From Adineta vaga (lineage: Eukaryota > Animalia > Rotifera), in the NCBI GenBank assembly GCA_021613535.1, contig CP075494.1:8246001-8310000 (forward strand): a DNA stretch of 64,000 bases, read 5' to 3'. How positions within the stretch are numbered: position 1 is the stretch's first letter; each line of letters opens with the position of its first letter. Below the pieces are notes generated by a model. It was not told the DNA's origin. It saw nothing but the letters and a program-made list of their open reading frames with translations, and did not search any database. Of this stretch, positions 1 to 14,665 are shown one piece after another. The position numbers and the translations under genes are program-made.

Positions 1-71
1 GTTCACTTCAACAGTTTCGAACAATTTCAAATCGAACAAAAATAAAACCAAAACCAATACCATTAACAAAT

Positions 72-896
72 ATGACATTACCATGTACATCATTAGCAAT
101 GTCAACACCTCAAGCAAGACGAACATCATTGAAAAAAACGAAAACCTTTTTCGAAAGATTTAATCATATATCGCCTACAGCTATATTAGAACAACAACAA
201 AACGAAACATCTCAACCATTGAGCGAACCACATACGCGTTTACGACGAAGATTTACATTTCGTCGTAGCTTACGACAAACTCATCAGAACAAAAAAGTAG
301 ATATTGATGATAATATAAGGTTGGTTTGTCAGATTTCTTTTCTTTTTGCAAATATCTTTTACTTGTATACACATATATATCATCGATGTGATCAATGACT
401 CCTTGTCATAGAATCATAGAAACAACTAGTTAAGTGTCAATCTCGAGATGTTTTCTTACACTTTTATACATATTAACGTCGCCTTGGAACTATACCGATC
501 GAATAAACAATTTCCCAATGTCGATGTAAAGATTGTCTCAATGCGTCGTTTCTTTGTGCTTCTACTTAATGTATATATAAGTAGTTGTTTTTGTTGAAAG
601 AAAAGAAAAGAAAACGAAAACGAAAAATAGAGTTTCACCTGCAGAAAAAGAACTCAGATCAGTTTGTATTTCTTTTACGTTTAGTTATTAATATTTTATT
701 TCACGATGAATACTAATAATCGTCAGTATTTCTTTGATTTCAAATCTTCTCTACAACAAAGTCGACAAGTTCAGCTAATTGAAGACAAGTAAGAATGTTT
801 TTCGAAGATTTCCTAATGCCTAAATGTCTTCCATATTGAATCAATTAGCACTAAAAGAAATATTCTTTCATACCGAGTATTCGACTAGATATGGAT

Positions 897-935
<39 letters not shown>

Positions 936-3900
936 TTTCCCTAAAGGAAAGAAAATTCATTAATACAAATATTTTCTTATATTAGAGAGACTGTCTTCAT
1001 ATCAAGAAGGTCATTTTATTCTGAAACAAATATGTCTTGCAAAGATAATGAATATTTTGTTTTTTCGATCGTTTTTCTTTTTCATAAAACGAAGAGGTGG
1101 TTATCGTCATATCCGGAAAATAGAATCTATTTTTAAGACAAGAAATACACATCATCAGTTGTAATTTATGTTCTTCATTGTTAATCATCTAATGATATAG
1201 GACGTGTGAAGATGATTTTTCATATCAGCGAATAATCATGTTATCAAAGATGCCGAAGAAAAAGAACTAGAAAATTCTTTTCGATGATAAGTCAACGAGA
1301 TATTTCATGTAATTTGATATCGAATCATTTTATCTGTTGACACGAGAAGAATAAATGAAGCGTGACTATCAATATATGCACATGCATATTTCATTTTTTG
1401 ATCATATTTGTCTCGTTTCGTTTCTTTTTTTTTTCTTTTTCTAATTCTTATTCGTCGTTATCATTAATTTAATCTAACGTCGCCATCCTTAGTACGTTTC
1501 ATTTTGTTGATTAAGTCAAAATGACACGTGTGTTTCCATATTCAAACATATATCTTTACCTGGAAGAAAACGCACGTGGAGCATCTTATTGACGTTTGAA
1601 CGAAAAAAAACAAAATGCCCAAAGTACAGTTGAGTGATGTTATATGATATTAATAGTAACGATAGTCGTGTGAATGTAAAACAAAAAATGATTATTACTC
1701 TCTTAACATGAATTTTTGTTTCTTTCTGAATAAAAATAATTATAGACATTTTTCTTTGATTTTCTCATTATAGTTTCGATGTGGATGGTCCAACATCACC
1801 ACGTGGTGTTCTCAGTTCTCATCATAATGTTTCAACAGCATCAGGACATTACCAACAGCATGGTTCAACAACTAAAACAACAACGACAGGCGGTGGTAGT
1901 GGAATGCATCGACGCGAATCATTTTTATACAAGTGTGATAGTGATAATGATCTTTCACCGAAATGTATTTCGCGTAATCCGTCCATCGGATCAGAATTGT
2001 AAGTAGTTAAACTATATTCTATCGTTAAATAGAAGAACGAACGAAAGAACGAACGAAAAAAGAAAAAGAAAGAACGAGAGTATAGTTTTCTTTCTTCTAC
2101 ACCCTTATTTTTCTTTCTTCTTTTCTCTTTGATCGTTTCGAAAATCTCGTTTACCTTTTTTCTTTCATTTAAAACGGTGCAGAATATAATCAGCAAACGT
2201 AATAATTGAAAGTAACATTTCCTATCTATTCTTTCATTGCTCTCACCCTTTTTCTCATTTACACTTTTGTTGCCAACTGTACCCTAGTAGGACTATGAGA
2301 ATATACTTTTGTGTCTGATTCTCTGTCGGCTACCTACCACTACTATACACCAAACACATGCCGCACACTATCGATATATGAGAGAGAATGAGTATGAATG
2401 ATTGATCAATAGAAAAAGAGAACAACTAGCATGGAGCGTGTCAAGAGTGCTTTTAAAAAACCAATTCTCAGACTTGGATCGAAATTATCTAACAAGTAAG
2501 GTTCATAAATATATATTAGATATATTTATAGACTAAAAGTATCTTTGTTTTGATCTCTTTCTCTCTTTTACGGCATTTTTCTCTTCGTCGACGTGTGATT
2601 CTATATTATAATGTTAAACCGTTTTATAGCACTTATATTCAGTTCTTTCGTTTTTTTTTTCTTCTCTCATTCACATTACACGTCCGGTGCTAGAGTTTTG
2701 TTCCTGTATTGCAATCAAAGTTTGTTTCATTTTGCGTTTTTGACAGAATAACGTTCGACATACATTTGTTTCTTATCTCATGCTCACTTTTTTTCTTATA
2801 GAACCTTCTTGTCGTCTGTTCTTCTTCATTCTCTCATTCTGTTTTACTTTCTCATCTTTACTCTTCCCTTCTCTACTACTCAACTCATCCGCACCAATCA
2901 GCAACGACAAAAAGCAAACAAAATGAAAAGACAGAAACAGAATCATTGAGAGTCACAGAAACACTACACGTTATTCACCATGCGAGCACGTAGTCATACC
3001 GAGCTTACTACTCGGCAACATTTAGATTCATTAGAAACTTGTTCATCTAATCAAAATGAACTTGGTTTTCATCTTCGTCCAACTTCTTATGTTTCCTGGA
3101 TGAAAAGGTATTCATTTCACATTCTCTTTTCATAAAATTTTCAATATATATATATACATTTTTTTTCTTGAAAGAATTATTAATCTTTTTTTCAATATTT
3201 AGTAAGAATTAAGTTCTTATAAGTCAATTGAGGAAATCGACAAGCATGTCATAGTAAAATAAAAGAGAACAAATTAATTAAATAGCATATTGTATATTGT
3301 TATTTTTAGAAAGATGAAACACTTGTTAAAAGTCAAACACCTATTGAGAGATTATCATAGATGCGTATCAAAACAATAAAACCTAAAGCAATTATTCGAA
3401 TAAATAGTTGTCCAATAGATATCTATGAATTATAAGATTTAGATTAAGAAATTCCATCTGTATTATTATATCAGTCATTTTTAATGAATAGTTATCAACT
3501 TGTTTTTATCTTGACTAGACATTGTCGTGATTTCAACATCAATAGAAAATGGAACCGACTTTCTTTTTTCTTTTTTCAACAGAAAAGAAGAAAAGGAAGA
3601 TCTAAGACTCCAATGTCGTTTTTCTCTTCGTCTTCTTTTTTTCTCTCCAGTCAAGCTTCATAGTTAAAAAAAGAAGAAAAAAATATGACAACGATGATTT
3701 TAAGTAGACTACAGACATGTCACGTCTTTGTTTTTTTGTTGAAGATATACCCTCATTCTTATTTTATTCTTCCATTTACTTATTTCTATATGCATTTCAA
3801 TATTTCTATTGTCATATCTTCTTTCGTCCATAAAACAAAAATTCATAGTAGCAGAAATAATTTCTAAAATGAGTTAATTGATGCATATTGGACATTCAGT

Positions 3901-6306
3901 TAATATTGATAAGATTTCTTCGTTTAATCAAAATAATTATCAAATATTAAGTAATACATCATTCTTTCTAAAATTAATCAGCTTAATATTGTTTTAAAAA
4001 GACAAAAATAGATGTTTTCCATGTTTTAGGCACCAAGATGACATGATCGTCACCCCATTTGCTCAGCTTCTGGCCAGTTTAAAAAATGTACGAAAAAATT
4101 TCGTTGATCTTACTCATATACCACCCGAGAGGTAATTGTACCAGAAATCAAGAAAGACTTGTTTTCAATATTTATATTTTAAACAGAGCAAAGAGAACAA
4201 GTCAAATTAATTCTGGTCAAATGGGTCCATCTAATTTCTCAAAAATGATAACCACCGCAGCAGGTAAATCATACAGAAATTCTTAGTTTACTTTGTTTTA
4301 TTTGACTAACTCAATTTCTCTTTATCTTTTTGATAATAGATGATAGTTCCTTATCACAAGCAGTTGCAACATTAGAAGAACTTGACTGGTGTTTAGAACA
4401 GTTAGAAACAATGCAAACACATAAATCCGTTTCGGATCTCGCTTCGCTCAAAGTAATAGAATGAATTTATTGAAAATGAAAATCATTTTTATACTTGTCG
4501 ATTTTAGTTTAAACGATTGCTCAATAAAGAACTATCTCATTTTGCTGAAAATAATACTTCCGGAGCACAAATCAGTAATTATTTATATTCTACTTATACA
4601 GGTACATAATTTTCTTCTTAGAAAAAATATTTTGAACGAAAATTTTCTTTTTTAATTAAAGACAAAAAAGAACCCGATGTTGATCTATTACGTGGTTCAC
4701 AAGTTGATGAAAATACTATGATTACAAATAATAAAACATTCGATTCATCCATGTCATCAGCTACTCTCATGGGTCAAATAATTGGTGTTCATAATACAAC
4801 ATTTACATTAACCAATCAAGTACCTGAATTAGGTGTTGAAACAGCAAATACTGATGAACTACGTGTTCTACTTGATCGTATTAATGATTGGGGTTTAGAC
4901 ACATTTCGTATTGAAGAATTAAGTGGTCAACGACCATTAACAGTAATTACTTATCGAATCTTTCAAGAACGTTCATTATTACGAACATATGGGATTGAAC
5001 CTCATACATTAATCTCTTATTTGCTCACACTTGAAGATCATTATCAAACAGTACCATATCACAATAAAGCTCATGGAGCCGATGTTTGTCAATCCATGCA
5101 TGTTTTGCTCAATGCTTCGGCACTAGATGTAAGTTCTCTGTGGAACTATAAAAAATATTTTTGGAATAAAAAAATGTTCCATGTTCGACTTTTCTTTTTT
5201 TCTTCATTTTGATAACTATAGGGCGTATTCACTGAATTGGAAGTCATGTCAGCTATATTTGCTTCGGCTATACACGATGTCGATCATCCCGGTGTTACAA
5301 ATCAATTTTTAATTAATACAAGTATGAAATCGAATGATAGATCAAATTGAATTGTTGTTATATGTCATATTTATTTTTAGAAAGTGACCTTGCTTTAATG
5401 TACAATGATGAAAGTGTTTTAGAAAATCATCATTTAGCTGTAGCTTTTAAATTGTTACAAGCTGATGAAAGAAATATCTTTTCACATTTAACAACTAAAC
5501 AAATAAAAAATTTACGAAAAATGGTTATTGATATGGTTTTAGCTACCGATATGTCAAAACATATGCAATTACTAGCTGATTTAAAAACCATGGTAGAATC
5601 GAAGAAAGTGACAGGAAATAATATAATTATGTTAGAATCATATGATGATCGAATACAGGTGCTTCAAAATATGATTCATTGTGCGGATTTATCGAATCCA
5701 ACGAAACCATTAGATATTTATATTAAATGGACAGATCGTATCATGGAAGAATTTTGGAGACAAGGAGATAAAGAACGTGAATTAAAATTAGAAATTTCTC
5801 CGATGTGTGATAGACGTGTAGCTAGTGTCGAAAAACATCAAGTTGGTTTTATTGAATTTATTGTTCATCCATTATGGGAAACATGGGCCGATTTAGTTTA
5901 TCCTGATGCAAGTGCCATTTTGGAAACATTAGAACAAAATCGTGATTGGTATCAATCTCGTCTTTCACCTCCACCATCATTATCATCATCATCGACTACG
6001 ACAAATACTTCACATTCATCTCATCCAAACTCTTCTAATGCGACGATAACGACAACTACCATATCATCAAATGAATTGGATTCCTTACAAACTATTTCGA
6101 CTTCATCATTGTCATATTCGTCAACTCCAGTAGCCTCCGATGTACTTACATCCGTTTCAGTAACTACGATTTCAGCCGGTGATCAGCTCATTCCCACATC
6201 TGCTGTTGTTTTATCTTCGACGCCTTCTCGAACAGCGACATCGACATCTGCCAATAGTGGTAGTGCTAGTGAATTCCAAATGACGGTGACACCAGCCACA
6301 TCCTGA
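72..6306 (+). CDS. PDE4: cAMP-specific phosphodiesterase 4 (dunce-like), long form, multi-exon
   Basis: Exons 72-319 and 1774-1998 (SFDVDG...RRESFLYK, the UCR1 PKA site) join in phase to exon 4030 ([12 protein letters not shown]). UCR2 [17 protein letters not shown]. Catalytic motifs [41 protein letters not shown]. Ser/Thr-rich tail, stop at 6306. Further upstream exons may lie outside the window. Confidence 0.95.
901..933. repeat. (TAA)11 microsatellite in PDE4 intron
   Basis: Perfect TAA repeat read directly. Confidence 0.95.
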
Positions 6307-6844
6307 AATCGATTGAAATCTTCTCTTCCTTTGTTCATCCTCTTCTTTTCTTTTGCATCCTCAATCAAAATCTCTTTTTTTCAGTGTAATGCGGGAATAT
6401 CCGCACTGTGTTCTATTTGTTTCTTTTTACTTTGATCTGTTCATTTTTTTCGCTCTTTTTTTTTGTTCGGTGTTTGAGCCGGCCTCTCTTTTCTTTCTCG
6501 ACTCGAATAAAAAGCAAAACTATAAACGACATCAGACGAAATAAGTTCTATATTCGACACCTATTTGCAAACTCTATCTATCGTCTAGGCTTGATAATCG
6601 AATTGATTGCGTGTTCATGAATCAAAGTTTTTTTTGCCGCAAAGTTCTAAGAGCATAGAACATTTCATCGTGACAGCATAACTATGAGTTTTGTATACAG
6701 ATGGCGCTAGTTTTAGTGACAATACTAATAAAAATGAATGGATGATCAGAAAGGGAGATGAATCATCATCGAATCAGTACATCGCTATTGCTTCACTCCA
6801 CTCACTTTACTCCGTTTCGTTACTACTTACTATTATTACTAGAA

Positions 6845-9523
6845 ATGAATTTACTTCCCAAAGCTGCAGATGAATTTCGTAATCGAGATTATTGGGATCA
6901 ATTTTTCGATAAAGTCGGCCGAGAAGCTTTCGAATGGTATGCATCATTTTGGTTTTCTGTTTCTAAAATTCTGATAATCTATTTTTCAGGTATTCGAATT
7001 TCATTGATTTAGCAAGTGTTCTTTGCAAATATATAAAACCTCGTGATGAAATTTTGATTGTTGGTTGCGGTAATTCAACATTAAGCAGTGATTTATATGA
7101 TACAGGAATCGAACATATTATAAATGTTGATTTATCGGATAGAGTTATAAAACAAATGAAAAAACAGAATGAAAAACGACGACCAAATATGCAATGGTTA
7201 CAAATGGATGCACGAGAAGTTTGTTTCATCGCTCTCAAAAAAAATGATAACTAATGTTACGTTTACGTATTTCAGATGACATTTGATGATAATCAATTTA
7301 GTGTTGTATTAGATAAGGGAACAATCGATGCATTAATGTCCAATAAAAGTGAACAAGTATGAACAAGAGAAAGCATAATATTAGTTTATTTCTTTTTTCA
7401 TTCAATATAGGTTCTTTCAGATATTGATCAAATTCTTGGTCAAATTGATCGTGTTCTTCGTTTAACCGGTCGTTTTATATGCATAACACTTGCTCAAAAA
7501 CATATTCTCGATCATATATCACAGTATTTCTTTAATAATAAGTAAGATAATCATTTAAAAAATGATCGATATTAAAAGTACGAATCAAATAGATCATGGC
7601 TTCTTCGTTATCATCATATTCAAACAAGTAAAGCATTTGCATTACCAGTATTTGCATTTGTTTTTACAAAAATAACCATGAAAACTCCAGTAAGTATGAA
7701 ATTCTATATTAGAAAGATTATATTGACTAATATTTCTTTTATAGCTAATTGAACTTCAACTCTATAACAATGCCGAGAACAATTGGCTTCGTTTCAATGA
7801 TTTAACTGAAGCTATTGATACTATTCAGCAATTTCAAATGACTTGCTTTAAAAAATATGATTTCAAACAAAAGTTTGTTTTGATTAAAAAATTGATTGAT
7901 CATTAATTGAATTCTTGGTTTTAAATAGATATACACCTGGTAGTGAAACACCAGTTATAGATTTATATGCCGAAGGAAATCATACGAAACTACGATATCA
8001 AATGATTGTTGTAAATAGTCTTACGAAATATCGAAATAAACCATTTGCAGCATTCATTGTACCGAAATCGAGGTAAATATGGATGATAATCTCGATTTTA
8101 ATTTATATATTGATTTAGAAATCTTGATTGGCTCTATTCAACACCAGCTGGTCGACAACAAATTATATCCAGTGCAAAATATACAACAATTGCATTCATC
8201 TATTTGCAATCAGATGAAGATTATCGTGATCTTGAACAAGTTAAAAGTGAAATGACTGATGCAGTACTTGATTTTAAACCAGCTAATTTAACAGATCATG
8301 TTCAAGTAAGAAAAATTTTCCAATTATCATATCAATATATGATGTTTTGATTAGATACCTTTCCTATCATCATCGGAAGGCATTGGACAGGTGAAAATCT
8401 GCGAACGTTCATCATCTTTTGTCATTGAAGATTGCCTTTGTGGAAATGATAATGAATGGAAACGACGTTTGCGTTTTGATGCTAATCCAAATCTTATTCA
8501 AAGTGAAATTAATTTAACTTTAAATAAGAAAACAAATGATTGTATGTAAAAAATGAAAGATTTCATTTGATTAATTTAATATTTATGAATTGTTTTAGTT
8601 GTACCGGATTATTCAACATTAGAAAATGATTATCATGGAATCATTGTTGCTTGTTTAAAGACACATTTTCTTGCCAATAGTAAGAGTTTCTCTTCGTTTT
8701 AGTAGAAATATTGGATAGATCTTATTTGAGAGAGAATTTACTTCAGAAATTAAGCGCATTATTAAATATCGAATTTAACATGATATATTTTTTCAATAGA
8801 AGAAGATGTAGAACCCAATGGGAATTGGCTTCTAATTGGTCTTGGTGGTGGTGTTTTAACCATGAAGTTAATCCGAACTTTTCCAAAAGTACGTTTGATT
8901 GTTTTTCTTGTTCTTCTTCTTTTTTCATTTATCTCAAGTATTTTAGATACGTTTGACAGGTGTCGATATTGACAGTGAAATGATTCGTATAGCTAAAACT
9001 TGGTTTGGTCTTAAGGATACTCTGTCCACATGTGTAGTTGCGGATGGTATTGAATTTCTTCAACGTCAAGTCGAAGACAAAGGTAAGAATATATATATAT
9101 TCGATTAATTCAATCTTAGATGAATTTTGTTTTCATCTTTTAGTAAAATATGATGTGATAATATTCGATGTGAATAATAATGATAGTCAAAGTCCATTAC
9201 GTTGTCCACATCCAGCCTTTCTCGAAGATTCAATCTTACAAAATGTGAAAAACTTATTTTCAAATCAGTCCGGTATATTTGTATTAAACTTTGCTTCACG
9301 CGATGATACAAATCATGATCGTGAAGATTGTTTAAAACGTTTAACAGCAAATTTCAATCATCTTTCATCGATAAAACTCGATGATGACATTAATGAAATC
9401 ATGTTTGCTAGTGAAGATCTAGCATTAAATGTTCAATGTCCCAATAAGAAAATATCTCAACAAAATTCATCAATTAATTTTGATCTTAATGAATTGTTGT
9501 CGAAAGTAAAACTTGAAAAATAA
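6845..9523 (+). CDS. METTL13: eEF1A lysine and N-terminal methyltransferase (dual SAM-MTase), multi-exon
   Basis: N-terminus MNLLPKAADEFRNRDYWDQFF...FEWY; motif I IVGCGNS; LDKGTIDAL; second MTase domain LLIGLGGG, VDID, ADG, DVIIFDV. Confidence 0.93.
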
Positions 9524-9623
9524 TGTTGAGAATATAAAAGCCGGTTTGGTGGGGTTTTTTTTTCCGTTGATTATTTTAATCAAATAAGAAGAGTAAAACA
9601 AGTCTTTGGACTTATTGTTATAG

Positions 9624-11618
9624 ATGATAGATAGGATTTCAACGAATCAAACTAGTCATGTAGTTAATGTTAAAGTTCTCGATGTTGAAAAACGATATCG
9701 ACCAGGACCAAAACATTACGTAACTTCTTCTTTAAAATATATCTAAAATTTATAAACACATACGTTTTACTTTCTTCAGGTCTATGTTATTCAAGTAACT
9801 TGGTCAAATCCAACAAATACATTTATTATCTTTCGACGATATGCTCAATTTTTCGATCTTCAAGTAAGAGTGTAATAATCTTTTCGAAAGATGATTCATG
9901 AAATTTGAATTTTTAGTGTAAACTACTTGATCTATTTGCTGAAGCGCCATCACCCTCGAATAATTTCAAGAATCAATCACGGCAAATACCATTTCTACCT
10001 GGAAAAATTTTTCTCGGTCGAAGTCAAATTCGTCAAATAGCTTTAGAACGTAAACAAGCATTGAACATCTATTGTCAAGTAATAAATAATTATTGATTTA
10101 ATTTGTATTATTCAATTGTGCCAATCATTTAGACATTGATATCTTTACCTGAACACATTTCTCGATCTCGTCCGGTATTGGAATTCTTTCAATCATTGCC
10201 AACTGATGTACAAAATTCGAATAATGCAATTCATAATGAAAAGAAATCTGTAACGAAACAGTCGATAGTTATTAGTGCACCATTGAAACTACCAAATTAT
10301 CGATGTATAAATGATTTTGAAGCTGTTGAAACGACGGAAATATCATTGAGAAAAAATACTCTTGTACAAGTCGTTCATAAACATCTCAATGGTTTGTTAT
10401 TGTTTATCGTTAACAAAGATTTTGTTAGTCTATATTGAATTTATTTCAGGATGGTGGTTTATACAAAATGGTGATCGAAAAGGTTTTGTACCAGGAGCGT
10501 TTTTAGAGTCCATGGAGCACTCAAACATTCAAGATGATGTAATGGGAACAGACGAATTTTCAAGATCAGCCAGTAAGGAATAGACATGAGAGTAACGATT
10601 GGAATGCTTTCATTGATAACTTTTTCTTTCGATCAACATTCGTTAATTTAGACGAAACGTATATTGTAAATAAATCTTATCAAGCAACGAATAGAGATGA
10701 AATCTCCTTAGATCAAGGATCATTTGTAATTGTTCTGGAAAAATCTTTTACAGGATGGTGGATCGTCAAGTAAAATTCAACAATAAAAATGACAAGAATA
10801 ATTGTTAAATCTTATTATTCTGTAGATTTAATGATCGAACTGGTCATTTTCCAGCTGTTTATTTAACTTCTTGTAAAGGACGAATTATTCCTGAACCTCT
10901 TCCAAGTAATCGCATATTTTCATATTATTATAAAAAAAAATCTCTGTTGATTCTGTTAAGAAGAACCATCAACGAATGTATTCATTCGACGATTAAGTAG
11001 TTTAAATAATTATGAACGAGTATGAGTTTTATTCATTTATTTCATGATTATCAATCATTATATTTAGAATGACAACGAGGAACATCCAACAACTACTGAA
11101 CCTGAATTATTTTATGTTCACACTGATTTTAATGATGATGTAGGTGATTGTGTTTCACTACAACGAGGAGATATTGTTGAAATTCATGACAAAAATTCAA
11201 GTGGATGGTGGTTAGGTCGACGATTAAAAGATGATTTTGTACTCACTTGGATTCCTTCTGCTTTTCTACAAAAAGTGAGTAGCATGTTTTTCTATTTGAT
11301 TCTTCACACTACTGATTTCGATTTTTTCAGGAACCTATCGTGGATCCATATGCTGTCAATGGAACACAAACTTCTCATTCTACGTTCGATCCGAATATTA
11401 CTGTTGAAGAACAATCAGAAGTTTCGACGAATAATATTTATCAAAATATTGGGAATAGATTATCCACAGAAACAATTTTCCCAGAAATAATCACGAAAAA
11501 ACAGCCAATGCTTTCATCATTGGCAATTAAACATACATCTCTACCTTCAATTGACAATGAAGAAGATACGACACGAATATCAGTACGAGATTTGGTAAAA
11601 AAATTCAATAGACAATGA
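9624..11618 (+). CDS. SH3PXD2: PX domain + three SH3 domain adaptor, Tks/SH3PXD2 (p47phox superfamily)-like
   Basis: PX domain DVEKRYRPGPKHY|VYVIQVTWS...RRYAQFFDLQ...IPFLPGKIF...RSQIR, then three SH3 units with GWW signatures (GWWF, GWWI, GWWL). Confidence 0.85.
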
Positions 11619-13211
11619 TAAGTGTAATATAGTATGGACATCTTTTATTTTTCTTTCAATTTACTAATCTTTGTGATATATTACAGTATATATTTTATTG
11701 TTTAACGTTAATATAATAAATAAATGAACATTTGTTTAGTTTTTCTAAAAAATCGTTTCAGTTTATATATATATAAGAATTTAGTTCGTTTTGAATTGTA
11801 TAAAAAGAATAACAGCGTGAGTTTGTTCAAATAGATTCTTAACCACAATCTGATTCTTTATCATGTGATTGTGTTCTTTGTTCATAAGTTGATAATTCAC
11901 TTTAGCACGAATAATTCTGTTTGTGTCAAGCTGTTTTTTTTTCAAGTCTCTTAATAGTTGTTAACACAAAATATGCAAGCGAGCCAACCGACTCATTCAA
12001 CAATCCACATCCTCAAGAACTAAACAGTGTTTCTGTAGAAAATTGTTAGAAGATAATTACATTGTACACTTTCTTTCGACAAACTAAAACAAAGCTATGA
12101 ATACAACTAATACAGTTATGCAAAAAATCAGTCTGTGTTTCGAAAAAAGACTTTCTTACAGTCACTACAGATGGCACTACTCCAATACCGTATTAGTATT
12201 GTTACAACTCCTGTCCGTGAGACGCACGTGTATCTACTACTTACTTTTCCTCTTGTAAGAGATATTAAAAAGCTTCATATTTCAGATACATATCGTTTAG
12301 GAGTACGACTAGAGAGGACGAGATTCATCTACAAACGATCAGTATTACCATAGCTAAAGACAGAGATCATCCAATGACAATCTATTGAACTGCCCAAATA
12401 CTGCTATAGTAATAAAAAGAACAAACTTTGTGAACAATTACCGATTTACTCTTATACAAGATTTACAAACTCATCATTAAATTAGCATTTCTTTTTTCTA
12501 TTCCTCTTCTGTCTCATCTGTCGATTCAATCTTGTTGAATTTTCAAAGTGATCTAATGCCAAAGTCATACAGGTGGTTGTTTTATCGACTGCCATGTTCT
12601 CAGCGACTAAACCTAATAAGTCAGAGTGTGTTAGATTGAAAAATTTCTAGACATCTTCAAGATCGCCGTTCACAATGTTAAATTAGTACTTACAATCGAC
12701 TATCTTAAACAAAATTCTATTTAAATCTGATTGTTAACTAATTGTCAGAAATTCTCAATATTCATTTTTATTATAAAAAATACGTAGAATAATTTCTTTC
12801 TGCTGTGAAAGTTATACTAATTATCGATGCCATATAACTTCTAACATTTACTCTTTTGAAAATGAAACTGTATGTATAATTATTTTACTATTATATTTAA
12901 TCTATAAATTATTTTCATTGTTTAGAAAGTAAAATATTTTATAATGTTACAATCGAAAAATCATGAGTTATTTCACATTCATATGCCTAGCATTAAGATA
13001 ACAATTTATTTCCGTTGTATATTTTCTTCTACAAATGAGAAAGAAAAAAAATCTCTTCATTTCCGTTTGTTTCTAATTCTTTGATTAGGACATAAGTGGA
13101 TGTCGAAAGAAGAAAAACATGTTGAATATCTCATTTATTCTTGGTACCCATTGAAATAATTATAAAACTATCTACATATCCATTGTATTGTTAAATAAAC
13201 AGCGAAACATC

Positions 13212-14210
13212 ATGTCTAATTCACTTCTGGACCTTGCTGCTCAATTAACTCGAATAGCTGTTCCAGTTATCATCACCATTGGTGTTACGAGTAATTCATT
13301 GAATATTATACTACTGACTCGACGAACTTTGATTAATCATCCTTGTTCCCTTTACTTTATTGCATTGGCTGTTACTAATCTTTTCTATTCAAGTCTCTTA
13401 TTATTTTCTAATCTCTTAGCGGATGGTTATCATCTTGATCCAAGTCGATATTTATCTGTTTTTTGTAAAGTAATTAGTTATCTATTGAATTTATGTCCAA
13501 CTCTATCAGTTTATTTCATTGTTCTTGCTTCAATTGATCGATATTTTGCTAGTTCAATCAATGTTCGTAGACGACATTGGAGTAATCTTCAAATTGCTCG
13601 ATGGTCTATTGGAATACTAGTTTTCACTCTTATGATCTTTTTTATTGGCACTCTAATTGCATTCGATATTTCATCTAATGGAGAATATCTATGTACAATT
13701 CAATCTAATATACTCTTTAATCAAATTTTTACTATCCTTCATTTAATTCTTTACGTTATTGTTGCACCAATATCAATGATATTCTTTGGTTTTCTAACAA
13801 TTTTGAATACCAAACAAGTTCGCTTTCTTCCAGTTCGAATTTCACGATATCGTCGAACAGAAGGACAACTTTCACGTATGCTTTTTCTTCAAGTTGGCAC
13901 ACATATTTTTCTAACTCTACCATTTTGTATCATATTTTCAATGTTAATTTTCCCGACATCATTACGATTCACTAAGGATTTTGAATTTGCTTATATTATC
14001 TGTAAAATACCATTTTATTTGACAGTAACAACTTCGTTTTTCTTATATGTACTTTCGGCTCGAGTTTATCGTGATGAACTCATTCGATTATGGAAGAAAA
14101 TAGTGCAACTCTGTTATAGTATTCATTTAATTACCAATCGAAGATCTGTTATTCACCTGTATGGACCAACATTGGTTTTAGAACCTATACAAAACTCTCG
14201 GAATGTTTAA
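13212..14210 (+). CDS. Intronless class A (rhodopsin-like) orphan GPCR
   Basis: Single ORF with seven hydrophobic segments, ASIDRY (DRY), TM6 preceded by RTEGQLSRML, TM7 SFFLYVLS. Confidence 0.85.
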   Translation: MSNSLLDLAAQLTRIAVPVIITIGVTSNSLNIILLTRRTLINHPCSLYFIALAVTNLFYSSLLLFSNLLADGYHLDPSRYLSVFCKVISYLLNLCPTLSVYFIVLASIDRYFASSINVRRRHWSNLQIARWSIGILVFTLMIFFIGTLIAFDISSNGEYLCTIQSNILFNQIFTILHLILYVIVAPISMIFFGFLTILNTKQVRFLPVRISRYRRTEGQLSRMLFLQVGTHIFLTLPFCIIFSMLIFPTSLRFTKDFEFAYIICKIPFYLTVTTSFFLYVLSARVYRDELIRLWKKIVQLCYSIHLITNRRSVIHLYGPTLVLEPIQNSRNV

Positions 14211-14665
14211 ATATTCTTTTGTGAATTATTAATTCTTCTCATTAGAAAGTATATGAATACAAAAGTAAAGTGTTTTGAATTCTTCACGTGAATGTCATAG
14301 TGCAATTTATGCATCTTCTTCTCGTAGTATTCTCATACACTTCAACTTCGTTCGTGCACGTACTCCATTAACATCACATGATGTCGGTACTGTTTTACTT
14401 CATAGTCTAAATGGATCTACACGAGTGTTTTGAAGTAAACTGAATTGTTTTACTTGTAGAAAAAGATGGCGTAAGTAGATGAAAGAAAACGTTTCTCATC
14501 TGATTCGTTCTTTTCATTCATCGTTTCATCTTACACTACAGTTTATTTTTGTGATCGATTGCTACTGCTGCTCTGCTAGTTTACTTAAAGTGCATATGAA
14601 TTAATTAACTATATATCATCATTTTCGATTATTCTCACTTGACTATTTATTAGATAATAACGACA

